In this document: piece after piece, positions 27,098 to 36,223 of the stretch
How the letters are laid out: each line of letters begins with the position of its first letter
Position numbering within the stretch: position 1 is the stretch's first letter
Assembly: GCA_042571125.1 (NCBI GenBank)
Contig: JBHPFU010000002.1
Coordinates: 32,985 to 96,984 of the forward strand
DNA: 64,000 nucleotides
Direction: 5' to 3'
Origin: Nanobdellota archaeon
Lineage (GTDB): Archaea; Nanobdellota; Nanobdellia; Woesearchaeales; UBA10107
Notes under the pieces: generated by a model
Told to the model about the DNA's origin: nothing
The model's input: only the letters and a program-made list of their open reading frames with translations
Databases searched by the model: none
Translations under genes and position numbers: made by a program

Positions 27098-28265
27098 CAG
27101 TGATGACACAGAAGTAAAAAAACAAAAAGAAATAGATGAATTTTCTGGCAAATTATCAAGAGAAACAGAAGAAGATAAGTTAATGCATACTATTCTGCCT
27201 TCAGATGAAAAGAATATTGAAGACGGAAAGGTTGTGAATGATGCGATTAACAAAGGTATCAGTTCTTTTACACCGGATTTAATATTTGAACAGATTGTCA
27301 AGAACTTTTCTCAGGCAAAAAAACTCTATGGAGAGACAATTATCAGAACATTGTCAGGTTATGCAGAAGAGTATGTTGAGAAAAACATAAGAATACCTGA
27401 ATTCCAAAGAGAACTGAAAAAAAGGATAAAAGAGAATGCAGATTCATTAGTTCAGGACGGAGTTCTAAACAAGCAGTACATGATAACAGATAAGGGAGTT
27501 AAACTTGCTTCACTTGTTCTTTATGTTGAGGAACTCGATCACCTAACACCAAAAGGGGTTTTTGGAGAACGAGTGCATAAAAAACAGTTTATCTATGGCG
27601 GTAAGGACGAGGCAAAACCATTCAAGAATGAGCGTTACAGAGATATTGCAATAAAGAAGTCTGTAAAAACTGCTATCCGAAGAGGACATTCTAAACTTGA
27701 GATCAAAGACTTAAAAGCGTATGAAAGAGAGGCAAAAGGTCAAGTCAATATAATGTACGGACTTGATGCATCAGGTTCTATGAAAGGAAAAAAACTAGAG
27801 ACAGCAAAAAAAGCAGGGATTGCTCTTGCATATAAAGCGATTGCTGAGAAAGATAAGGTCGGCCTGATTGTATTCGGAGCAGATGTTAAAGAAATTATCG
27901 AACCTACTTTAGACTTTGACAGGATTCTTCAACAGATAACAAAGATAAGGGCCTCAAAAGAAACAGACATTGTCGGGTGTATAAAAAAATCAATAGAGAT
28001 TTTTCCAAGCACAGAAGTTACAAAACATTTGATCTTATTAACAGATGCACTGCAAACAGTAGGAACAGAAAATGAAGTGTTGGAAGCAACTAGTATTGCA
28101 AGAGAGGCGGGCATCACAATCAGTGTTGTTGGAATCAACCTAGATAAAAAAGGAAAGAAATTAGCAAAAGATATAGCAGAATTAAGCAATGGACGATTTT
28201 ATATTGTAAAAGACCTGGAAAATGTTGATAAGATTGTTCTAGAAGATTATTATGAAGTATTTTAG
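27084..28265 (+). CDS. von Willebrand factor A (vWA) domain protein
   Basis: Has the MIDAS motif LDASGSM, then TD and LLTD in the C-terminal 190 aa. The N-terminal ~200 aa are unassigned. The GTG start overlaps the ATPase stop by 14 nt. Confidence 0.7.
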   Translation: MVVFDSDDTEVKKQKEIDEFSGKLSRETEEDKLMHTILPSDEKNIEDGKVVNDAINKGISSFTPDLIFEQIVKNFSQAKKLYGETIIRTLSGYAEEYVEKNIRIPEFQRELKKRIKENADSLVQDGVLNKQYMITDKGVKLASLVLYVEELDHLTPKGVFGERVHKKQFIYGGKDEAKPFKNERYRDIAIKKSVKTAIRRGHSKLEIKDLKAYEREAKGQVNIMYGLDASGSMKGKKLETAKKAGIALAYKAIAEKDKVGLIVFGADVKEIIEPTLDFDRILQQITKIRASKETDIVGCIKKSIEIFPSTEVTKHLILLTDALQTVGTENEVLEATSIAREAGITISVVGINLDKKGKKLAKDIAELSNGRFYIVKDLENVDKIVLEDYYEVF

Positions 28266-29104
28266 AACATTAAGAATAAAATATTCCCCATAAAATAAGT
28301 TATAACGAATGCTATCAAGAATGAAGGAATAAATGGTATCCCTTCCTTAACCAAAACCTGATTTATCTTGTATTTTTTTAGTAATTTAATCTGTTCTTTG
28401 GTTATCCCCTTATCTTTTGGCCCGCAAATCTGTTTTCCTCGGTGTTTTATAATCTTGGCAATCCAGTCTCCTTCTGTTAATTTATTTATTTTATAGAACT
28501 TGTACATTGAACTATTCTCAACAGATTTTGTAAATAAAAATACATAGAAACTTACGTAGATGAAAATTGCCAAGCCAGCGATTGAGATTTTTATTGCTCT
28601 GTCTGGGAGTAATATTGCAATCAGTAATAATGTGACAATAATTATGAGCAAAATTAATTTTACTTTTTTAATTTTAATTCTCTGTTTTTTGAATTCTTCT
28701 AAAAATTTCTTTCTATGTTTAACTGCCAGAACCATGCCCCATACAAATCCGTAAATCGCACCGATTATTAGCAAGTTTATCACGAATGAAATCAAAAATG
28801 AAAATGGAGTTAGTTCAAAACCAACTAATGCTCCTATGCCCATTAAAACTTTAGCATCTCCTCCGCCCCACTGTCCTGTGAGATAGAAAATCCAGGCCAA
28901 TACAAAGAATATCCCAAACCCAGTAAGGCCATGCAAGATTACTGACCAATCAAAGGTTATAGCGGAATATAACAGCCTTAAACCAAGACCGAGTATAATT
29001 AAAGAGTAGCTTGCCCAATCCGGAACTTCTCTACTCTTAAAGTCTGTATAAGTGCCGTAAAGCAGCCCTAGAAAGGCTATTAACATAAGTAAGTCTAACA
29101 CCAT
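28262..29104 (-). CDS. type IV prepilin/preflagellin peptidase (A24 family, FlaK/PibD-like)
   Basis: A polytopic membrane protein with the two catalytic Asp contexts YTDFKSREVPD and GGGDAKVLMGIG. Confidence 0.7.
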   Translation of the reverse strand: MVLDLLMLIAFLGLLYGTYTDFKSREVPDWASYSLIILGLGLRLLYSAITFDWSVILHGLTGFGIFFVLAWIFYLTGQWGGGDAKVLMGIGALVGFELTPFSFLISFVINLLIIGAIYGFVWGMVLAVKHRKKFLEEFKKQRIKIKKVKLILLIIIVTLLLIAILLPDRAIKISIAGLAIFIYVSFYVFLFTKSVENSSMYKFYKINKLTEGDWIAKIIKHRGKQICGPKDKGITKEQIKLLKKYKINQVLVKEGIPFIPSFLIAFVITYFMGNILFLMF

Positions 29105-29127
29105 AAATATACAAGAACTAAGAAAGG

Positions 29128-29135
29128 TTTATAAA
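29128..29135. promoter_or_regulatory. palindromic TATA box (TTTATAAA) between divergent genes
   Basis: Lies 24 nt from the minus-strand ATG 29104 and 37 nt from the plus-strand ATG 29172. Confidence 0.4.
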
Positions 29136-29171
29136 TTTTTATGATTTAATTTTATTTCTTAAGAGTAAAAA

Positions 29172-29852
29172 ATGAAACCAAAACATATTGCGATTATCAC
29201 AAAAGGGGGCCGTGAATGGGCAAAAAAGAACAAAAAGCCAAAGTTTGCAGGCTATAAAAAAAGATTGGACAAAGTTAAAGAATTTATTGATTTCCAAGTC
29301 AATAATGAAGTCCCTATCATGACCTATTTTCTATTGTCGGGCAATGTGAAAGATTCTGAAACATACGCAAATTGTGTTGATTCTCTTGTTGATTTCTTTA
29401 ATGATTTAGTAAAAAACAAAGTAATCCATGAAAATAAAATAAAAATCTCTATCTTGGGAAAATGGTATAACTTGCCTGGCAGATTAGTGGATCAGATTAA
29501 AAACATAATTGATGAGACAAGAGACTATGACAGTTATTTCTTAAATTTTTGTATAAATTACAACGGCCAGGATGAGATTGTTGATGCATGCAAACTAATC
29601 AGCAGAAGAGTTGGGCTTGGGAAGATGGATTCAGATTCTATCTCAAAGGAAACTATCAAAGAAGATCTTTACAGTTCATACTTCTTACCTCCGAGCGTGA
29701 TTATTGTTTCTGGAAAACACAGAACACTGCGTGGTTTCTTACTTTGGGACTCAACAAGATCAACAATATACTTTGCAGATAAATTATGGCAGGAATTCAA
29801 TGAAAAAGATCTGAAAAAAGCCATAGAATACTGGAAGAAGTATAAGTATTAA
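29172..29852 (+). CDS. cis-prenyltransferase (UppS) family protein with substituted catalytic residues
   Basis: The family fold is recognisable (HIAIITKGGREWA, NYNGQDEIVDA, RTLRGFLLWDS...YF.DKLWQEF). The canonical IMDGNGRWA Asp/Asn/Arg positions read TKGGREWA. Confidence 0.6.
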   Translation: MKPKHIAIITKGGREWAKKNKKPKFAGYKKRLDKVKEFIDFQVNNEVPIMTYFLLSGNVKDSETYANCVDSLVDFFNDLVKNKVIHENKIKISILGKWYNLPGRLVDQIKNIIDETRDYDSYFLNFCINYNGQDEIVDACKLISRRVGLGKMDSDSISKETIKEDLYSSYFLPPSVIIVSGKHRTLRGFLLWDSTRSTIYFADKLWQEFNEKDLKKAIEYWKKYKY

Positions 29853-30550
29853 AGATATTTTAAGATTGCTTTGAAGTTTTCTTCTCCATCTGGTTGATTT
29901 ACTGCATGAGTGCAGACTTTTTGTAGATCTGGCGCACCATTAAATGCAATTGACAATCCTACTGTCTCAGCAAAGGGAATATCATTTTTACCATCGCCAA
30001 CAAAAGCGCATTGATCTTTTCTTAATCCATGTTCTTTCATGATTAAATGCATAAAATCAACTTTACCTTCATAATCACAAGGTAAAAGATTCCAATGAAT
30101 CAATTTTCCTTTATCATCCCAAAAATATTCGCAAGCTGCAAATGCATGCGTTATTTTAAGATCTCTTGATGCCCTATCCGCTTGAGCTTTGAATCCACCA
30201 GATATTAAAGCCGTTTTATAGCCTCTTTTTCTTAATTCCTCAAACACTTCTTTTACTCCAGAATGATATTCAACAGATGCCATAACTTTATCAAAGAATT
30301 TTTTATCTAATCCATATTTTTGATGTATTTTTATTGTATCTTCCATCCATTCAACATAACCCGCATATTCTCCGTTATTCCATTTCTCTTTTGTCCAATC
30401 TTCTTCTTCTAAGGCAGCTGGACCTAAATGTTCAGCAAGCAAATGCCAAAGACCGGGAGCAGTATGACCATAAGAGTCTCTCAATTTGATTGCTTTTCTA
30501 AACAATGTTCCTTCCATATCAAAGAATACAAGCTTAATTTCTTTTTCCAT
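29849..30550 (-). CDS. HAD-IB hydrolase, phosphoserine-phosphatase-like
   Basis: Has motifs FFDMEGTL, SGG and GDGKNDIP. I prefer start ATG 30550 because a TATA-like ATTATATATTT lies about 20 nt upstream. Confidence 0.65.
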   Translation of the reverse strand: MEKEIKLVFFDMEGTLFRKAIKLRDSYGHTAPGLWHLLAEHLGPAALEEEDWTKEKWNNGEYAGYVEWMEDTIKIHQKYGLDKKFFDKVMASVEYHSGVKEVFEELRKRGYKTALISGGFKAQADRASRDLKITHAFAACEYFWDDKGKLIHWNLLPCDYEGKVDFMHLIMKEHGLRKDQCAFVGDGKNDIPFAETVGLSIAFNGAPDLQKVCTHAVNQPDGEENFKAILKYL

Positions 30551-30569
30551 ACCAACCAAGTAAAAAATC

Positions 30570-30580
30570 AAATATATAAT
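30570..30580 (-). promoter_or_regulatory. TATA-like box for the HAD gene
   Basis: ATTATATATTT on the minus strand lies 20 nt upstream of ATG 30550. Confidence 0.35.
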
Positions 30581-30602
30581 CCTTTTGTTTTGTATAGAAA
30601 GC

Positions 30603-30610
30603 TTTATAAA
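30603..30610 (+). promoter_or_regulatory. TATA box of the L7Ae-S28e-L24e-Ndk operon
   Basis: TTTATAAA lies 88 nt upstream of ATG 30698, so an unusually long leader of about 60 nt is predicted. Confidence 0.5.
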
Positions 30611-30635
30611 CCACCCATCTTCTAAAAACTATACC

Positions 30636-30668
30636 TATGATTGATGATTGCCAAAAGGCATGAATGAG
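30636..30668 (+). promoter_or_regulatory. K-turn-like element in the rpl7ae 5' leader
   Basis: Box-C-like UUGAUGA (30641-30647) and box-D-like AUGA (30660-30663) are clamped by the hairpin UGCC-AAAA-GGCA. This gives tandem G.A/A.G (g46.a63, a47.g62), a U.U (t48.t61) and a 3-nt bulge GAU. A second GA/GA pair (g39 a40 / g66 a67) lies outside it. Confidence 0.4.
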
Positions 30669-30697
30669 GGCAAATTCTATTGTCCTTGGAGGAAAAA

Positions 30698-31045
30698 ATG
30701 AGCGAAAAAGAATTAGCCGAAAAGGCATTTGAAGCTGTTGAAATAGCAAGAGCTTCAGGAAAGATAAAGAAAGGAACAAATGAAGTAACAAAGGCATTAG
30801 AAAAAGGCCAGGCTAAATTAGTTGTTATTGCAAAAGATGTTAGCCCAGCTGAAATTACAATGCACATTCCAGTATTAGCAGAGGAAAAAGGAGTTCCTTG
30901 CATTGAAGTACCTACAAAAGAAGAGCTTGGTGCTGCAGCAGGACTTTCACTTCCGGCAGTTAGTGTAGCTGTTGTTAATGAAGGGGATGGGAAGAATCTT
31001 ATCAAAGAGCTATCAAAGACAGTTGTAAAACCAAAGAAGGAATAA
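30698..31045 (+). CDS. rpl7ae: 50S ribosomal protein L7Ae
   Basis: [29 protein letters not shown]...[17 protein letters not shown] is L7Ae. ATG 30698 has GGAGG at 30688-30692. The track start at TTG 30680 is less likely. Confidence 0.9.
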   Translation: MSEKELAEKAFEAVEIARASGKIKKGTNEVTKALEKGQAKLVVIAKDVSPAEITMHIPVLAEEKGVPCIEVPTKEELGAAAGLSLPAVSVAVVNEGDGKNLIKELSKTVVKPKKE

Positions 31046-31046
31046 A

Positions 31047-31328
31047 ATGGCTGCAATAAAAAAGATGCAGGGCAAGAAGAAAGAAGCTGCTGAAGCAGTT
31101 AAAGGTGCAGTATCCTTTTCTCATGCGGTTCCTGCAAAAGTTGAAGAGATATCAGGAAGAACCGGTACTCGTGGAGAGATTACACAGGTTAGATGCCGTG
31201 TCTTAGAAGGCCGTGATCAGAATAAAGTTCTGAGAAGAAATGTCCGTGGCCCAATAAAACTTGGAGACATGTTAATGCTTAGAGAGACTGAAATTGAAGC
31301 TCAGAAATTAGGTCAGAGCAGGAGATAA
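31047..31328 (+). CDS. rps28e: 30S ribosomal protein S28e (with an N-terminal extension)
   Basis: AKVEEISGRTGTRGEITQVRCRVLEGRD...VRGPIKLGDMLMLRETEIEA is S28e. Confidence 0.85.
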   Translation: MAAIKKMQGKKKEAAEAVKGAVSFSHAVPAKVEEISGRTGTRGEITQVRCRVLEGRDQNKVLRRNVRGPIKLGDMLMLRETEIEAQKLGQSRR

Positions 31329-31330
31329 AA

Positions 31331-31519
31331 ATGGCAAGATGTGATTTTTGCAAAAACGTTATTGAAAAGGGAACAGGAAAGATCTATGTAAAGAAAGAAG
31401 GTAAAATTCTGAACTTTTGTTCTAATAAATGCGAAAAAAACTTGATAAAGCTTGGAAGAAATCCAAGAACAACAAACTGGACAAGAGAATTTCAGCAGGT
31501 AAAAAAAGGTAAGAAATGA
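31331..31519 (+). CDS. rpl24e: 50S ribosomal protein L24e
   Basis: CDFCKNVIEKGTG...FCSNKCEKN is the L24e zinc-binding pattern. Confidence 0.85.
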   Translation: MARCDFCKNVIEKGTGKIYVKKEGKILNFCSNKCEKNLIKLGRNPRTTNWTREFQQVKKGKK

Positions 31520-32100
31520 TTGAGAGAACTTTAGTTTTAATAAAACCTGACGGTGTTCAACGAGGATTAGTTGGAAAAATAATCCAGAGATTTGAGGATG
31601 CAGGTTTTAAGATAATTGGTATGAAATTAGTTAATGCTAACAAAGAAACTGCCGGTAAACACTATGCTAATGACGAAGAGTGGTTAAAAAGCGTTGGAGA
31701 AAAAACAATAAAAAGTTATTCTAAAAAAGGTGTTGAGATGAAAGACGATGCCTTAACAATAGGCAAGAGAGTTAGGCAACACCTAATTGATTTTATATCT
31801 ATGTCTCCATCAGTAATCCTTTGTGTTGAGGGTCACGCTGTAATCGAAAAGATAAGAGTTGTATGCGGAGACACAGTACCATTAGTAGCGGCTCCTGGAA
31901 CCATAAGAGGGGATTTTTCATTTGATTCGTATGAACTTGCTGATGATTCAGGAAGACCTCTGCAGAATCTAATTCATGCTTCAGATTCAAAAGAAAGTGC
32001 TGAAAGAGAGATTTCAGTATGGTTTAACGATGAAGAACTTTATCCTTATGAAAGAGTTGATGAATCTCTATTGTATAGAAAAGTGGAGAAAGGTGAATAA
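31516..32100 (+). CDS. ndk: nucleoside diphosphate kinase (with internal insertions)
   Basis: ERTLVLIKPDGVQRGLVGKII, PGTIRGDF and NLIHASDS (active-site His). About 40 extra residues compared with compact NDKs. Confidence 0.85.
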   Translation: MIERTLVLIKPDGVQRGLVGKIIQRFEDAGFKIIGMKLVNANKETAGKHYANDEEWLKSVGEKTIKSYSKKGVEMKDDALTIGKRVRQHLIDFISMSPSVILCVEGHAVIEKIRVVCGDTVPLVAAPGTIRGDFSFDSYELADDSGRPLQNLIHASDSKESAEREISVWFNDEELYPYERVDESLLYRKVEKGE

Positions 32101-32102
32101 AA

Positions 32103-34286
32103 ATGGCTGAAAAAATGGTTGAAAAAATCACAAGGATTATGAAAGAACCTAAACAGATTAGAAATATAAGTGTATGCGCTCATATTGATCACGGTAAAAC
32201 AACATTCTCAGATAATCTATTGGCAGGAGCAGGTATGCTTTCAGAAGATTTAGCAGGCAAGGCATGTGTTCTTGATTTCCATGGTGATGAACAGGAAAGA
32301 GGAATCACAATTGATTCTGCTAACGTATCCATGGTTCACGAATTTGAAGAAAAGGAATTCCTAATCAATTTAATTGACACTCCAGGTCACGTTGACTTTG
32401 GAGGTGACGTTACAAGAGCAATGAGAGCTGTTGATGGTGCGATTGTTCTTTCATGTGCGTCTGAAGGTGTGATGCCTCAGACAGAAACAGTTCTAAGACA
32501 AGCTCTAAAAGAAAGAGTTAAGCCAGTACTATTCATTAACAAAGCTGACCGTTTAATCAAAGAATTAAAATTAACACCAGAAGCAATGCAGGAAAGATTC
32601 TTAGGAATAATCAAGCACGTTAACGAACTAATCACAAAGATTGCAGAAGAAGAATACGGAACAAAATGGAAAGTCGATGTTAATAATGGTTCTGTTGCAT
32701 TCGGTTCTGCATTCCATAACTGGGCATTATCTATTCCTTACATGCAGAAGCACGGAATCTCTTTCAAAGATGTTATTAATGCTTATGAAAGCGGCGATGA
32801 AGAAGACATAAAAGCCCTGGCTAAAAAAGCACCGCTTCATAAAGTTGTTCTAAATATGGTTATTGAACATCACCCAGACCCGGTTGATGCTCAGAAATAC
32901 AGAATTCCTAAAATCTGGCATGGGGATATTGAAAGTGAGGTTGGAAAAGACCTAGCAAGCTGCAATATAAATGGGATCACTGCTTTTGTTCCTGTAAAGA
33001 TTGTAATTGACAAGCACGCAGGAGAAGTAGCTGCAGGACGTTTATTCTCAGGAACAATCAAACAAGGGGACATGGTTTACATGGCCGCATTAAAGAAAGA
33101 GGTTCGTGTTCAGCAAGTTTCCGTCTACAATGGTGCAAAAAGAGAGATTATTGATAAAGCATTGGCAGGAAACATTGTAGGATTAGTTGGATTGAAAGGT
33201 ATTTTCGCAGGAGAAACTGTTTCTTCAAAAGAAATGGATCCATTCGAAGAAATAAAACATATCTTCGAGCCAGTTGTTGTTAAAGCTATTGAAGCTTCAA
33301 GAGCTGCTGACTTACCTCGTTTAGTTGAAGTTCTTAATCAGGTTAACAAAGAAGATCCTTCATTGACAGTAGAGATTAATGAAGAGACTGGACAGCACTT
33401 GCTGCATGGCATGGGTGAACTTCACCTAGAAGTTATTGAGAACAGAATCAAAACAGAAAAAGGTGTTGATGTTAAAACATCTTCGCCGATTGTTGTTTAC
33501 AGAGAAACAGTTTCGGCTGTTTCCCCGCAAGTAGAAGGAAAATCTCCAAACAAGCACAACAAATTCTACTTTATTGTTGAGCCTCTGTCTGATGAGATCT
33601 ACAACGGAATCAAAGAAGGAAAAATCCATGAAGGCAGAATAAAGAAAAAAGATGAAGAGCTTTGGAAAGCTCTCGAAGCTGCAGGAATGGATTCAAAATC
33701 ATCAAGAAAAGTTAAAGAGATCTATCAAGGCAATATGTTTGTTGATGAAACTAGAGGTGTAGTTGCACTGCCAGAAGTTATAGAACTGGTACTAGACGGA
33801 TTCAAAGATGTTATGAATGGTGGTCCACTGTCTAGAGAACCATGTGCAAAGTTAAAGGTTAGATTAATGGATGTTAAGCTGCACGAAGACGCAATCCACA
33901 GAGGACCTGCTCAGGTTTATCCTGCTATCAGAGAATCTCTAAGAGGTGCCATGATGCAAGGTGGAGCATCAATGTTTGAGCCTTTACAGATTCTACAAAT
34001 TGAAGCTCCTGTAGAGTATATGGGAGAACTTTCTAAACTAGTACAGAACAGAAGAGGTCAACTTCTTGAAATGAACCAAGAAGGAGAAATGACTGTTGTT
34101 AAGGCAAAAATTCCTGTTGCTGAGACATTCGGTTTAAGCAATGATTTACGTTCAGCTACAAACGGACGTGGTGTTCAGTACTTAGTTGATCAGATGTTCG
34201 AGAAGTTACCTCAAGAACTTGCACCAAAGATTATCAAGCAGGTTAGAGAGCGTAAAGGCTTGAAAACTGAAGAAGAAGAGGAATAA
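32103..34286 (+). CDS. fusA: translation elongation factor 2 (aEF-2)
   Basis: Has G-domain motifs AHIDHGKTT, DTPGH and NKAD. The five-domain length is complete and the diphthamide-loop region HEDAIHRGPAQ is present. Confidence 0.95.
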   Translation: MAEKMVEKITRIMKEPKQIRNISVCAHIDHGKTTFSDNLLAGAGMLSEDLAGKACVLDFHGDEQERGITIDSANVSMVHEFEEKEFLINLIDTPGHVDFGGDVTRAMRAVDGAIVLSCASEGVMPQTETVLRQALKERVKPVLFINKADRLIKELKLTPEAMQERFLGIIKHVNELITKIAEEEYGTKWKVDVNNGSVAFGSAFHNWALSIPYMQKHGISFKDVINAYESGDEEDIKALAKKAPLHKVVLNMVIEHHPDPVDAQKYRIPKIWHGDIESEVGKDLASCNINGITAFVPVKIVIDKHAGEVAAGRLFSGTIKQGDMVYMAALKKEVRVQQVSVYNGAKREIIDKALAGNIVGLVGLKGIFAGETVSSKEMDPFEEIKHIFEPVVVKAIEASRAADLPRLVEVLNQVNKEDPSLTVEINEETGQHLLHGMGELHLEVIENRIKTEKGVDVKTSSPIVVYRETVSAVSPQVEGKSPNKHNKFYFIVEPLSDEIYNGIKEGKIHEGRIKKKDEELWKALEAAGMDSKSSRKVKEIYQGNMFVDETRGVVALPEVIELVLDGFKDVMNGGPLSREPCAKLKVRLMDVKLHEDAIHRGPAQVYPAIRESLRGAMMQGGASMFEPLQILQIEAPVEYMGELSKLVQNRRGQLLEMNQEGEMTVVKAKIPVAETFGLSNDLRSATNGRGVQYLVDQMFEKLPQELAPKIIKQVRERKGLKTEEEEE

Positions 34287-34308
34287 ACACTTTTTCTCAA
34301 CCATAACC

Positions 34309-34316
34309 TTTATAAA
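34309..34316 (+). promoter_or_regulatory. TATA box in the fusA-tuf spacer (a second TATA-like CTTTAAATAT lies at 34369-34377)
   Basis: TTTATAAA and TTTAAATAT lie 112 and 51 nt upstream of tuf ATG 34428. An SD GGAGG sits 11 nt upstream of the ATG. Confidence 0.35.
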
Positions 34317-34427
34317 GGCCTGTTTTTTCTATGTAGTTGGGGGTTACAGAGCACATATAATAGAAAGCTTTAAATATCGCCTCTAAAACCGTTAAAACTA
34401 TCATATTCAATGGAGGAATAATAAAAA

Positions 34428-35711
34428 ATGGCTAAAGACAAAATACACTTTAACCTTGTATTTATCGGTCACGTAGACCACGGTAAATCAACTACAGTAG
34501 GTAGATTGCTTTTCGACTCAGGAAATATCGATGAGCAGGCTATGAGAAAACTAAAAGATAAAGCAAAAGAACTAGGAAAATCTGGTTTTGAGTTTGCTTT
34601 CGTTATGGACAACCTAAAAGAAGAACAGGAAAGAGGGGTTACAATTGACCTTTCACACAAGAAGTTCGTAACAGACAAATATGACTTTACAATAATCGAC
34701 GCACCTGGTCACAAGGACTTTATTAAAAACATGATTACAGGAACATCACAAGCTGACGCAGCTGTTGTTGTTGTTGCTGCTAATGATGGTGTAATGGCTC
34801 AGACAAAAGAGCATATTTTCTTGTCAAAAACACTGGGTGTTAGCCAAGTTATCATTGCGGTAAACAAGATGGACATGGCTAAATACGACCAAAAGAGATT
34901 CGAAGAAGTTAAAACTGATGTTTCAGCATTGCTGAAGAGCGTTGGTTTCAACCCAGACGAGACTCCATTTGTACCTATCGCATCTCTACCAGGAGATAAT
35001 GTTTTCACTAAAGGAGACAACTTAGGATGGTATGAAGGAAAAACATTACTAGAAACTATTAATGAATTAAACCCACCAGAAAAACCAACAAATCTTCCAC
35101 TAAGACTTCCTATCCAGGACGTCTATAAGATTGCAGGTATTGGAACAGTACCGGTTGGAAGAGTTGAGACTGGTGTAATGAAAGTTGGTGACTCTGTAAC
35201 AGTTATGCCTGGAAGAGAAGGTAAAGGAGCTACTGGCGAAGTCAAAACTATCGAGATGCATCATGAACAAATGCAGACAGCAGAACCTGGGGATAATATT
35301 GGCTTTGTTGTAAGAGGCATCGAAAAGAAAGATATCGCACGTGGTGACGTTCTTGGTAAGAGCGACAATATACCAACTGTTGCTACAGAATTTACAGCAC
35401 AGATTGTTGTACTAAACCACCCGAGCGTTATAACTGTTGGATACACACCAGTATTCCACATTCACACTGCACAGGTTGCATGTCAAATAACAGCAATCGA
35501 AAAGAAGCTAAATCCTGCGACTGGTGAAGTTGTTGCGGAAAACCCTGACTTCATCAAAAATGGGGATGCTGCTATTGTTAAGATAAAACCGGTACAACCA
35601 TTGGTTATTGAAAAACAAACAGACATACCTCAGATGGCAAGATTCGCTATCCGTGACTCAGGTCAAACAGTTGCAGCGGGCATGTGTATTGATTTGGTTA
35701 AAAAAGCATAA
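34428..35711 (+). CDS. tuf: translation elongation factor 1-alpha (aEF-1alpha)
   Basis: [14 protein letters not shown] and NKMD, with full length of 427 aa. Confidence 0.95.
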   Translation: MAKDKIHFNLVFIGHVDHGKSTTVGRLLFDSGNIDEQAMRKLKDKAKELGKSGFEFAFVMDNLKEEQERGVTIDLSHKKFVTDKYDFTIIDAPGHKDFIKNMITGTSQADAAVVVVAANDGVMAQTKEHIFLSKTLGVSQVIIAVNKMDMAKYDQKRFEEVKTDVSALLKSVGFNPDETPFVPIASLPGDNVFTKGDNLGWYEGKTLLETINELNPPEKPTNLPLRLPIQDVYKIAGIGTVPVGRVETGVMKVGDSVTVMPGREGKGATGEVKTIEMHHEQMQTAEPGDNIGFVVRGIEKKDIARGDVLGKSDNIPTVATEFTAQIVVLNHPSVITVGYTPVFHIHTAQVACQITAIEKKLNPATGEVVAENPDFIKNGDAAIVKIKPVQPLVIEKQTDIPQMARFAIRDSGQTVAAGMCIDLVKKA

Positions 35712-35781
35712 ATTTTAACCAATAATTTATTTTTTTATTTTCATGGTGACTTAAAGCTCATCATGGGGCAAACTCCGAAAA

Positions 35782-36096
35782 ATGGCACAAAAAGCTAGAA
35801 TAAAATTAGTAAGCACTGATATTGATAAAATAAATCAGGTCAGCGAGTATATTAAAAGTATTTCTGAAAAAACCGGAGTGAGTATGCGAGGCCCCATACC
35901 TTTACCAACAAAAAAGCTTAGATTGACGACTAGAAGATCTCCTTGCGGAGATGGAAAAGCAACATGGGAAAGGTACGAGATGCGAATCCACAAAAGATTG
36001 GTCGATTTAGGCGTTGATGAACGTTCTTTAAGACTTATCATGAGAGTTCCTATACCTGAAGGCCTTAACATCGAGATAGAGATGCTTGATGCTTAA
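35782..36096 (+). CDS. rps10: 30S ribosomal protein S10
   Basis: ARIKL...GPIPLPTK...[25 protein letters not shown] is S10. Confidence 0.9.
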   Translation: MAQKARIKLVSTDIDKINQVSEYIKSISEKTGVSMRGPIPLPTKKLRLTTRRSPCGDGKATWERYEMRIHKRLVDLGVDERSLRLIMRVPIPEGLNIEIEMLDA

Positions 36097-36108
36097 TTCT
36101 ACCAAAAC

Positions 36109-36116
36109 TTTATAAA
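36109..36116 (+). promoter_or_regulatory. TATA box for tRNA-Met
   Basis: TTTATAAA ends 27 nt before the tRNA 5' end at 36143. Confidence 0.55.
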
Positions 36117-36142
36117 TCAAATAACTGACTTATTTTCTATAC

Positions 36143-36217
36143 GCCGGTGTAACTCAGCTTGGTTAGAGTGCCAGTTTCATACGCTGGAAGTCGGGAGTTC
36201 AAATCTCCCTACCGGCA
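36143..36217 (+). tRNA. tRNA-Met (anticodon CAT); elongator-type, could alternatively be tRNA-Ile2(CAU)
   Basis: Hand-folded cloverleaf: acceptor GCCGGTG/TACCGGC, D arm ACTC..GAGT, anticodon stem CCAGT/GCTGG with loop TTCATAC, T arm GGGAG-TTCAAAT-CTCCC, discriminator A. It lacks the A1:U72 and 3xGC initiator features. Confidence 0.85.
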
Positions 36218-36223
36218 TTTAAA

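Noticed and set aside
25660-27530. An identical 8-residue string, KLASLVLY, in the orphan 25418-25993 and in the vWA protein.
   Set aside because: The flanking residues do not align and the DNA differs at synonymous positions. The string is too short and too rich in common residues to claim homology without a profile comparison.
30534-31056. Minus-strand ORFs 30534-30797 and 30622-31056, antisense to the L7Ae leader and gene.
   Set aside because: They are opposite a highly conserved ribosomal protein gene. The products are low-complexity and there is no promoter geometry.
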